The notes beneath the pieces are model-generated. The model had not been told where the DNA came from. It did no database searches and saw only the letters and a program-made list of their open reading frames with translations. Below are positions 42,540-54,435 of a DNA stretch of 64,000 nt, in pieces (within the stretch, counting starts at the first letter, position 1; the number at the start of each line of letters is the position of its first letter). Location: NCBI GenBank assembly GCA_951406725.2, contig OX597830.1:3968001-4032000 (forward strand), read 5' to 3'. This DNA comes from Octopus vulgaris. Taxonomy: Eukaryota. Both the position numbers and the translations under genes were made by a program.

Positions 42540-43010
42540 AATGGTTTCATATTTTGGGACAAGGCCAGTAATTTGGGGGTGAGTGGGGATTAGATAAGTC
42601 AAGTAATCCACCCCTGTGTTCAACTGGTATTTAATTCATTAACCCTAAAATGATGAAAGGCAAAAATCGACCTTTGAACTCAGAATGTAAATACAGACAA
42701 AATGCCACTAAGCATTTCATCCAGTCTACTAACAATTCTGCCTGCTCACCCACCTTACAATAATAATAATAACAATAATAATAATAATAACAATAATAAT
42801 AATAATCCTATCTACTATGGGCACAAAGCCTGAAATTTTGGGGAAGGAGCTATCGATTATATCAACCCCAGTTTTCAACTGGTACTTATTTCCTTGACCC
42901 TGGAAGGATGAAAGGCAAAGTCAACCTTGGTGGAATTTGAACTCAGAACATAAAGATGGATGAAATGTTGCTAAGCATTTTGTGCTAACAATTCTGCCAG
43001 TTCGCCAACT
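42540..43010 (-). mobile_element. Two tandem tRNA-derived SINE copies separated by (TAA)n
   Basis: 42540-42757 and 42808-43010 share CAAGGCC/CAACTGGTA/GATGAAAGGCAAA/TTTGAACTCAGAA. Confidence 0.8.
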
Positions 43011-43823
43011 CAATAATAATAATAAGAAGAAGAAGAAGAAGAAGAAGAATTATAACAACAACAACAACTAAAAGTAAACAGTTCCTATAGGACTTAGGTT
43101 GGTGAAGTTGGAACAGAATTTAGCTTTGAACCTTGAACACTGACTCTACCAAAATGATTGATTAGTCAAATATAATCTTCTTTTAAAAGTAAAGAAAAAA
43201 ACCCCATTAAATGTTTGTTGAAGGTGGTGGAATTATGTTTGAGGCAGGATATTGTGAAAGATGGAATTAAATCAAATTTAAGATTTTCTAAGTTGTGTAT
43301 AAAATAGTTTTATAGGGAAACGAAATGAAATACAAGTGTAATCAAAGATAATAATGTCTCCCAAGCTGGATGTGTTTAGCAATAGTTAAATGTTTTTCAC
43401 CCAGCTGCATGGTAGAATGATTCTGCTGCAACAACAGATGCTTGTATCCTCCCCCCACTCCCCCAGTTCCAACGAAGTTTCCCAGTGGGAAACGTTTAAA
43501 ATCTTAGAAAATAAAATGTTTGATCTAAGTGTAATTTCCATTTTTTTTTCTTTTTAAACTAAAGAGAAAGATAAACATAAGTAAACAGGAATTGAAATAG
43601 AATTCAAAGCAAAAGGAACATTTGAAGTTTTAAAACAAAGTGTATTTATGTTGCATAATTCTTTGCAAACAAGTAGCAGATAAGGAAACATTTTTCTGTA
43701 GCAATAAATATGTCAGTCGACAGAACATAGTGATAAATATAGTTTAACATTCTTTGGATTAATAATAATCTTTTATTTTTGATAGGATTAGTAGTACTAT
43801 TTTGTTTTGATTCCTATATCTCC

Positions 43824-43884
<61 letters not shown>

Positions 43885-46800
43885 AAGACGAATTAAAAAA
43901 ACACCTGTTGCACAACCATATTTTTTTTAATATAAGTAGGAAAAAAGCCTACATAATTTTAATCATATTAACCTCAGTCAGTTTTGTAGGTTTCTGTACA
44001 TCTATGAATTTTTTTTAAACCACAATCTTCTTGAAGTTGTTTTGGCAAACTTTTGTTTTATTCAAATGTAAAATATTTTTTTGCCCAACTTTTTTCATAT
44101 CCGATGCAGCTATTGTTCTTTGTAAGGAAATCATTGCGGAGGTTTATATGGAACATATTCTAAGAAAGCATTGATGTATATAACTTGGTATACTTTCCAA
44201 GCATAGATATAACTGATATAATTTCAATTCTGTTGTTCCAAAATCTTTGTGAAATTCTCAAAATCTTATAAATTGATTTGAAAATAAGCTCATACATAGA
44301 AATACAAGTACAACTGTATTTTATTGTTGGCTTGTACATATGCCAAAACTCGTGTCTTATCTATGCCAATATGATCAAGAAGAGAGTGTGGCAATATTAT
44401 TGGCACCACATTATCTCTATAGTGTAAGTAGAGTTAAGTGTCTTGTATAAATTCCACACAATACTTGTTTGGGGATACACACTTATAGGCCTCAGGCAAT
44501 ATTCGTAATTTACAAACTTTTGCTTGAATTTATTCATAACACAGTATGATTATTTTTTTCTCCCACCATAATTGTTAACCTGTGCACAGGGGCAGATTTT
44601 TCTGAACACCTTCTGCTGCTATAGATCTGATCAGTTTTCAGCTTCTCTTTCTCCCTCGCCCACTTAACCACTTTTCTCTCTGCAACTGGAGGATGATAGT
44701 ATACAGGAAATATTTCTACCACAACGAATTACTTATCTGAAATATGCAGCCTCTAATTCACCTGCTCACTTAAGACATTTAGTACTGATATCCAGCAAAA
44801 TAAGGAGACATCTCTTCCATTTTCTCACAGCATCAAAGAAAATTACTGTAAATTTCTTCAGACAAAAATCAGTTTCTTCAATATGTTTCTCTTTGATGTC
44901 CTATTTTAATACCAGATGATAATTCAGATTAGAAGTATAATTCTACAAATAAGTTACTAACATCTACAATTACCAAAATATAATCCCATAAATATGGAAC
45001 TTTTTTTCAAGTACTTTTTAGATATCTTTGTACTTAACACAGTTTTCCAAACTCTTTAAGAGTGGATTGGAATAATAAATGAATCTCAACTTGGCAATTT
45101 ATTCCATGTCATAGATTTTGTTTAACAGGAAGGATTAGTTTTACATTAAACGTTAAAGAAATCTGATAATTTCACTTCACTGATATTGAAGTTACAATTA
45201 AGAACGATGAAATGGATTAATTCTATGTAGAATCGTGTAAGAACAAGTTTTCTGATCGTTTTCAGTTTTGATATTCTGTCATTTGTATATTCTGTCTCTG
45301 CATTCTGTTTGCTTCACAACTGAACATTGTATGTCTGTTGGATTTTACTCAACTTGTTTCTCTTTTGTTGTTTTTTTCTTGCATCTTCAAACCATTTGTT
45401 TTTTTATTTACTATAGCATCACAATGTTGACACATATTAAAGTTCTTTGGCAGACAAATTCTTTAGCATGATTCAGTCTGGAGGCATGCAGAATCACTGT
45501 TTGAGAATCTGTTGTGAATTCCTTTGTGTTTGAGGGAATGCTAGATGATTAAGGATTAAAACTTGTAGAGTGGACTAGAAATTCTTCAATAAGTTTATCC
45601 CAGATCTTGGTTCTACACTATACAAGTGTCGTACATGACCTTACTAGTTTTCTCTAGTTATTTGCCCATCATTTTTAATGCCTGCTATACTACAGATCAA
45701 TGATGGAACCATTTCAAAAGCATTTTCTAGGACAACAAATACAGGAGAAGTTATTTGTTTACATCAGATGGTTTCTTTTTTCACCAGAAATATTCATGTA
45801 AAAATACATTTTTGCAAAACCAATCAATAAATACTTCTGAAAAACAGATGTAAACTCCAAATGAAATCCATATTTATTTTCCCTGATTCAACCAGTCATA
45901 GATTTAGTTAAACATATTGGGGTTTTTTCATAAAGAAAACTCGCTGTTGCTGAAATAAAGCAAATACAAGACAAAGGTGTTGTTCTGAATCATATCTATT
46001 CTCTAACAAAGAAACAAAACCTGGTTCGGATAAAATAGAGTTTTGGCTCCAGTATTTTATTTCCCTTTCTCATCTGTTTTACTTTACAGCACAAGTTTAT
46101 CATTTTCTGGATTATTTAATTTGTAAAATGATGGAATACATTTTGAAATAAGCATATTTTCTTCCTGATTGGATATTTGCATTATTTTGTGAATTGTTAC
46201 AAACTTTCAAAGAGTATCTATTTAAAGAACTATAGCTTCTTCAATTCTAGAACAGAGAAGTCTTTGTCACTCTATCCATTATTTTCTTCTCTGAATAAAT
46301 ATGACTATACAATCCTTCCTCTATGTCTGACAGACACATTCTATTCTAGGCGGTAGTTATAGATTTATTGCTAACAAATATGTTTTCTTTTTATGCATGC
46401 TGTTGTTGTTATACTGATGCGTGAACTATTCGATTAGTTTTCCAAACTGCATCAATGTTTTCCATGTGTTTGAGTATAAATCTTTTAGCAAAGTTTTGTA
46501 GCTAAACTGAAAGAGTGCAAAACCTAGTCACAAGAATACAAAATATCATTATCTTTTCTAATACATCTTTTTCAAAGAATTCTCAGTATTATCATATAAT
46601 AACTACACATTCTGCTTCAGATACTAATAATAAAGGACAAGCTGAAGTATTTATCTGTTTAGCCTTCACTGTTTCTCTGCCAATTCTTGGTGTTGGAAAA
46701 CATCATCAAGTATATTTAAGCATTTCCTCTTTCAGTTGGTTCATCATTAAGTTATTATTTTGTGTCTCCTATTAAAGTGTTGGGATATTAGCCTTGGAGT

Positions 46801-47137
46801 AATACATTTAAATCCTTTTTATGGATAAATGGATCCAAATCCCAAACGGGATGAAATAATGAACAATAAATAAATATTGACTTTATTCAAGATATTAAGG
46901 TTTTATTCTAATCATTAATAACATTCATGGTTCATCTTTGGTTCCATAGTGTTTTTCTACAAGAATTTATAGGGATATACATCTGATTTCTTTAGCTTGT
47001 ATTAGTGAGTGACATTTTGTATTTTATACTTAAATAAAGTTATTGGCTGTTGGTAATTCTTCTCTCCCCACTCTTTCTTGTCATCTTTGTCCCTCTATTT
47101 TTCAGTTGTGTCTCTTTTTCTGGACAAGGTTTGCTTG

Positions 47138-47198
<61 letters not shown>

Positions 47199-47339
47199 TT
47201 GTATTACTTGTTTCCATAAAAATTAAATAATCATAACCCAGTCTGTGACCAAGAACTGATTATCACTTCACTCAGTTTGGAGAGAAGCAGTGAAACAAAG
47301 AGAAACATTTCTTGATAACACACACACACACACTGATGT

Positions 47340-48002
47340 AGTTATGGCGTGTGCTTAAGAAGTTTGCTTTCCAGTCATGTGTTTTCATGTTCAATTCCAC
47401 TGCATGGCACTTTAGGCAAGTATTTTCTACTATAGCCCTGAATTGACCAAAGCCTTGTTAATGGATTTGGTGAAGAGAAACTGAAAGAAGCCCATTGTGT
47501 GTGTGTGTGTGTGGGGGGGTCCTCGTCTTGACATCATTTGACACTTATGAACAAACATTTCAACTGCCATACAAGCGGGGTTATTTGTTTGCAATATTTT
47601 GTGAAAACATTGTCTAGCCATGGGGTGAATATTACATTGCTTGGATTCAGGTGATGACTGGCAACAAGAAGAGAATAGAGAATTTCTGTCGATGATATTT
47701 AATTGGACCATGCAAGAATGGAAAAGTGGATTTTAAAATGGTGATATGAAATGATGGAACACAAATGAACTGGGAGAAAATTTGGGTTACAAATATAATA
47801 AAATACAGAGTGCAAGAGGAAAGAGTGATGATAGATAAAGACATGTGATGCAAATAGAAGGAAGACCATGGGAAATAAGAGAAGTCGTGGTTCAGGATGC
47901 TGAACCTCACAGAAGATCACAAATGGTAAAATGCTGTTCTGGAGATCATCCATCCAACCCATGCATGGGCAGAAAGAAACAAAAAACATAAATTGATGAT
48001 GA
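47340..48002 (+). mobile_element. Decayed CORE-like SINE (to ~47650) followed by decayed RTE 3' end
   Basis: GGCACTTTAGGCAAGT..GAAACTGAAAGAAGCCC; then CATCCAACCCATGCATGG..(GAT)n. Confidence 0.6.
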
Positions 48003-50807
48003 AGTTGTGTGTGTGTGTGCATGTGTGCACAAGAGAGAGAAAGTGTGTGTGTGCGTGCACGCATGAGAGAGAGAGAGAGAGAAAGTGTGTGTGTGTGTGT
48101 GTGTGTGTCCATATTTATGTTAAGGATTATACCAATCTAAAAAACCAGTACTGTGTCTATATTGTATCCCTTGAAGTTCCATGACCTAGTGGTTCAATAA
48201 TTAGAGATCAATAAAATAAGTAGCAGAGTGCAATTAGTCTTGGGGCAGGGTTCCATCTAACCATGGCAGCAGTTCACAGACTGACAGTAATAGAAGAATA
48301 GATAAAAGCCTATAACTATACTCATGTTATTTTACCGTTTTTTTACTATCTTATAATTTGTGAAATGTATCTATAACTTGGATACACAAGACATACAGAC
48401 ATATATGTGTATAATTTATTTGTTGTATATATGATTGCTTGTCTATGTCACTAAGTAAGTATTTCCCTTTCATCCCTACTATATCTCAAGAGAAACATAC
48501 AGTTCATGACTTCCAACTTAAATACCATTCTTGGAATTTATTTCAATTTGACTGCTTAGCAAAAGAAGAAACTTGTTTCTTCTCACTATAATTTTGTCAA
48601 ATGTCTGTCAACAACTCATTGATTTATTACAGCTAAGAAATGCTGACATTTTCTCTTTGCTGTTCAAATTAAATTAATGATACTCTCTTATCAGAGAGAT
48701 TTTTGTAACTTTTTCATTGAAAAATATACCAGTTCTTCTCTTAATGTCATTTTTTTCACAATATTTTTCAACTACTTGTGAGTTAAACCATCAATTTCTA
48801 ACTATTTGTAAGAAAAGGCAAGGAAATTGTTCCTGTTTCAATATAACTTTTATCAATCACCAATTATTGGCTTACTCATGCTTAAGTGAACATTTCTCAA
48901 TAATATTAAGTATTACAACATCATCCAAGTAGTAAAACTAACAGTCACAAGGCTTATCAAGTTAAGAGTATGATCTATCGACCACATGGTTAAAAGTTCA
49001 GGTCTTGCAGAGAACTGTAATTCTGTTTACCTCAGTTTGCTTGACTGACAAATGTCTCCAACCCTATTTAATGATAAGATGTGAGTAGTAGCCTAACAAT
49101 GGTTCACAGCACTGAACAAAAACTCTATTGGTACCCCTCCACACCTCAGGGGGGATTGCTCCATCTTGTTTCCCTTTTGCTACATCTTTGGGTGTGAGAA
49201 GCTTATTTTGTTATGAGGACTTTTGTTTCCATAAATATTTACCATACATCTTTTTATTTTTATGCTCTCAAGTTTTTCTATTTCAATTGACCCACAGAAA
49301 CAATCATTCTCCTTATTGTCCACCAATCAATGGCCATTATACTATGAAATATATGTTCCTATAGCATTTGATTACACTACTATGCATTCTGGATTCAAAT
49401 CTAGCCCTGATTGTTTTTCACTTCACTCCTGCTTTCAATAAGATATATATTTAGACAAAGTAATATAATGTATGTATTTATGTGTGTCTGTGTATGTATA
49501 ATCATGCATTTTCCCATCTTTTCAAATACACATATGGCTTTTTATGATAGCTTATCAGTTTGTGTATAGTGCCAGAGATACAGGAAGTAACAGCACAAGA
49601 AATAAAATAGTTTAAAATGTTGTTATGAATAGAAATATGCATTGAATTCTGATATTGCACAATAGAACAACCAAAGACAACAGGATAGGGAGAGAAAGAG
49701 GTAGCGATCTTTAACATCAATTACAACATGAGAGTTGCTTCATAATCATATTGTGTTTGCATTGTTCTGCTTTTGTGATCAGCAGAAATTGAAGTTAATA
49801 TTTGAAATATTGCTAGTTTTTGTAATTAATTGAAAAATTTGATTTAAATTTCCCATGAGTGAGGTGACCAGTTTCGCTATTTTGATATGAGGGATGTTTC
49901 ATCATAAATGGAAAGTAGGCTCTCTAGCTTGAAAGGTCACTAAACTTGGGAGTTCATTGTTACCAGTATCACTATTCTACATCCCCAAAGTCCCTAGTTT
50001 CATTTCTATACATTTTCAAATGCTTTTTCCATACATATAAACTGAAAACTTATGTTTAGGTGCACTGTGTGTGTGTGAGTCTCTCTCATACACACATTTT
50101 CTCAAAGATGCTAAAATATAGATTGTATTTTAATGGTCATCCCCTTATGTGGTCCTAATCAACTAATTAGCACTCAATAGATCAAAGGAGCCTATGATAC
50201 ATTTTTAAAACTGAAACTATATTTCAAATATAATTTATTGGAAATTTGTGTATGGTATTCTAGCAACTATATTTCCATCACTTATCTACTATAAAAGATA
50301 CATTTTTGATCCATTTTTCTCCACTGAAATGGTTGAAATGTTTTTTTGTTTTTTGTTTTTTTACATGCTTGGTGATATTTTTTTTTATGTATATCTCTTT
50401 CCATTCAATATATTACTTAAAAATTCTGTCTATTGTTTGTATTTATCTGAAAACTAAAGTAAATTTTTGACTATTACAAACTGGTACTGAGTGAGCTGGC
50501 AGGAACAGTTAGCAGGAAGGGAAAAATATTTCAATTGGCACTGCTATAATGGTAGTTTCTGGTAATAATAAGCTTTATTTGTGTACTATTCTTTGTCTTA
50601 GAAAAGCCTCAATCAAAGATTAGCACCTAAGTAAGCTATTAATCTGTTATTCAGCTCTGTTTTTCCTCATTTGAGCTGATTCTAACCTAACGGCTTTCCA
50701 TCAGAAGGTGCTAATGGCTTCTCAGGTCATTACTAAAGGTACTTACAGTGCTTGCATGTGTGTGTGTGTGTGTAGCTGTGTGTGGCTGTGTTTGTTTTAG
50801 AAACTAT

Positions 50808-51035
50808 CACATCAGCGAGAATGTATCTGCTAAGTGCCGGAGAAATGACCTAAACCTGCCAATAACTGCTAATTATGGCATTTGGCTGGCATTAGAGATA
50901 ACCAACAAATAGAGAAAGAGCACAGCGAGGATTGAAGGAGTCGATGATGGAAATATGAGTTTAAAAGCCACACTCTAAGTTTTAACAAGAAAAACAAATA
51001 GTGTTTGTGATGTTTATAGTGTTGGAATTGGCACT
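50808..51035 (+). pseudogene. Possible decayed Ser/Thr receptor-kinase fragment (subdomains VIb-IX)
   Basis: One frame: HISENV..RNDL..TANYGIWLALE..STARIEGVDDGNMSLK..CDVYSVGI, two stops. Confidence 0.3.
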
Positions 51036-51494
51036 GGTTGATAAAATAAGCAAGGTGGAGATGGAGGCATGTGAAATGCTGGTTGTTACTTCACCAATAA
51101 AAATATCTCTGGTACTTTCATTCGACAAAGCATAGAGATGATTTGCCATAGTAACCACAAGATGATGATATCACATGTAAAATGGAATGATCAGTTTATA
51201 TGTCTGTTGTATTTGTTTTTATGTCCATCTTTCCATGTTAGCATGAGTTAGACGAATATATTATTGTGGCATTGTTTTACAGCTGAATGCCTTTCCTGTC
51301 ACCAACTTCTTTCCAGTTTTTTTGTAAGGGATCCTTTATTTCATACATCTTCAAAAGTAGGAAAATTGATGACAGGAGAAAGGATAACAATAAAACTGTT
51401 CATAGTATACAGCTTTCATGGAACACAAATGGAAGGAAAAACACTGCAGCACACAAGCATGTGTACATACATAACCATATCTGCCTACACATGC

Positions 51495-51870
51495 GAGGTG
51501 GCTGAGTTCATTTCAAGCATTGGGCCTAATGGAGGCAGAGTGGCTGAGGTCCTTTCGAGTGTTGGGCCTCATGGAAGCAAAGGCCAAGACCTTTGGCATT
51601 ATGTTGCGCTTGAGAAGAAAACCCATTAAGCTGAGCAAAATTGCAGTCGTGGCAGATACTGGTGTCACACAAATGACACCTGTGCTGGTGGCACATAAAA
51701 GCACCAGTTACACCCTCAAAGTGGTTAGCATTAGGAAGGGCATCCAGCCATAGAAAACCATGCCAAATCAGACTGAAGTCTGGTGTAGCCTTCCAGTGTG
51801 CCAGCCCAGTCAAACCATCCAACCCATGCCAGCATGGAAAGCAGATGTTAAATGACGACAACGATGATGA

Positions 51871-51873
<3 letters not shown>
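51495..51873 (+). mobile_element. RTE-type LINE 3' end
   Basis: DLWHYVALEKKTH-like ORF end, then family tail and (GAT)n. Confidence 0.75.
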
Positions 51874-51915
<42 letters not shown>

Positions 51916-52980
51916 TACATATATTTATCTATCTATCTATATGTGTGAGTGCACCTACACACAAACACACACAACAGGCTTCTCTCAGTTTCTATCAGCC
52001 AAATTCGCTCTCAAATCTTAAGGTGCTGCAGAGTGGAACTGAACCTAAGACCATGTATTTGGAAAGCAAATTTCTTAACGATGTGGCCACACCTGTGCCT
52101 ATTTATTCGCAAATAGTATTACTCTATATTATGTAATAACGATGGCAATGATTGATGGCTTCTGTAGTTTGTGGTTTAACATTATCGTGAACCTTAGCTG
52201 AAAATGAAAAGAAACGTGTTTATGATTGAGTGGACGAATGGACACCAGTTTGTAAAGGGTGTCCTTTAGTTGCAAAAATATTATCCCTGTTATTGTTGCA
52301 ATACTGTGAATGATAGTGTGCAAAATGGAGAATAAATATATTAAAGTAGAACACTTAAAGGAACTTATTCAACTAAGATATTGTGGTTATAAGCAGCAGA
52401 GTCTTTAGTAAAATATCATTTAAAGTAGGAGAGAGAAGAGAACAAGGGTTAATCAGTGAGATGACAGAAAATAAAATACAAGGTATTCATTGCCTTTGGT
52501 TATCTAGTTCTGCATTCAGTAGCTGTCAGTAGTTAGGATGTCAGGGTTAGAGGTCAGAACATGATACACTCATACCTCAAGGAAGAGCCATTAATTCAAC
52601 TGATAATGTAAGAAACAACAACAACAACAACAACAATAATAATAATAATAATAATAACTGTTTTGCTAAGTTTGCAGTAACTTTAAAATTAACACATTTT
52701 TTTCATTTGACTTTTAAACTACTTTTTAGAACATGGTACCCCAGGAGGTAATCTACTCTTAATTTTCCACTGAAAGTTGGGACAACAGTTGCAAATATAA
52801 TTTTAGTTTTGAAAACTTATTTATAAAATAAAGCATTAACATCATAGATAAATGGCTTTCTATGTAGTTTAAGGGTTTAAAAAAAATAAAAGTAAATTGA
52901 CCAGAAGTGATGATTGCAAAATCCGATAATTTCATGTAAACAATTTAAGTAACACAACCAATGTAGAGAATGGCAATCAG

Positions 52981-53210
52981 CTGGAAAAACACGATAACTT
53001 CCTGTCTGTTCTTTCAGCTCTGTAGACATGTAGGATTATTGTATTACTCACATGTAGCTGTGTTGGCTGCCATGCATCAAATGTAAGCCACTGACTGGCA
53101 CTCTCAATGATGTTCATTGCTGGGTGCCGTACATTGGTACAGTGTATCACAGCTGTTATTTCTGTGGTACACTATTCCAATGATATCACTAGCGGATTCC
53201 TAAAAAACTA
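52981..53210 (+). pseudogene. Possible decayed tetraspanin TM2-TM3 fragment
   Basis: LEKHDNFLSVLSAL*TCRIIVLLTCSCVGCHASNVSH*LALSMMFIAGCRTLVQCITAVISVVHYSNDITSGFLKN in one frame. Confidence 0.33.
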
Positions 53211-54057
53211 GATACTTGTGAATGTGGCATAATAAGGGAATTCTGTTAATAACTTTCAATCAATTTACATTTTTTTAAACCCCTAAACTGCATGTTTGAG
53301 TCATTTTGTCCCTGATTAAAATCCACCCCATAGGTCAATATGAGAACTAATTGAAGTAACACTGCTGTAGCCTTCTTCCTTAAGCCAGTTCCTTTACTCA
53401 GCCAGCAATGCAGATCTAACATTTATTTGGAGTCCTTAGCTCTGTTTAGTTTCTCATTTATAGGAATCCTAATACTTCTTGCAATTTCACTATTCTAAAA
53501 CTGGCTACAGTTTCAAACAATATCTTAAAGGATTCCTTCTCCCTCCTGGGGTAAGAAACAATATATTTTTTCCTACACATTGAACATTTCTAAAGCCATT
53601 TATCTTAAATAAAATTATGTACATTCCTTCATTTTATTTATCAACATATTGTGTTAATGTGATATATAACTAATGTTTTCTTCTAGAATCACAATTAATA
53701 AAGCTGATTAATTTCAGAAGAAATCCTTTAGCTTTGTTACTTATTATTGAGAATATAGTCTGTATCAAACCAGTTTTAAGTGTGTATCTGACTTGTTTGT
53801 TTTATGTCTGTTTTTTCTATACAGCATCAGTTAGATGAATACATATTGTTGAAGCTTTGTTTTTACAGCCATTTGCTGTTTCTTGCTGCTAACTTGTTTT
53901 CTAAACCAAAGAGTTTACCTATCTATAATCTCACCGTATATTGGCCATACACACACCCCATATGGACACCCTTGGGTGTCCGTATCTGATTTTGTTAAGA
54001 TTTATGTGCAATAAATTGTTTATAATTCTATAATACACAAAAAATGTTAAGTGTTTA

Positions 54058-54435
54058 TGCAAGTGTGGCTGTCTGGTAAGAAGTTTGCTTCACAACCACA
54101 TAGCTCCAGGTTCAGTCCCACTATGTGGCACCTTGAGCAGGTGTCTTTTACTATAGACTTGGGCCAACCAAATCCTTGTGAGTGGATTTGGTAGACGGAA
54201 ACTAAAAGAAGCCCATCATATATATTATATATCTATGTGTGGGTGTCTATGTTTGTCCCCCACCACTGCTTGATAATCGATGTTGGTTTAATTACATCCC
54301 TGTAACATAGTGGTTTGACAAAGAACGAGTACCAGGCTTAAAAATAAAAGCATTGGGGCCAATTCATTCAACCGAAAATTCTTTAAGTCAGAGCCCCAGC
54401 TTGGCTGCAGTTTGATGACCGAAACAAATAAAACA
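54058..54435 (+). mobile_element. CORE-like SINE, full length
   Basis: Same family as 19343. Confidence 0.85.

Noticed and set aside
43300-43480. Sushi/CCP-like YKCNQ..C pattern
   Set aside because: Needs several frameshifts; within chance
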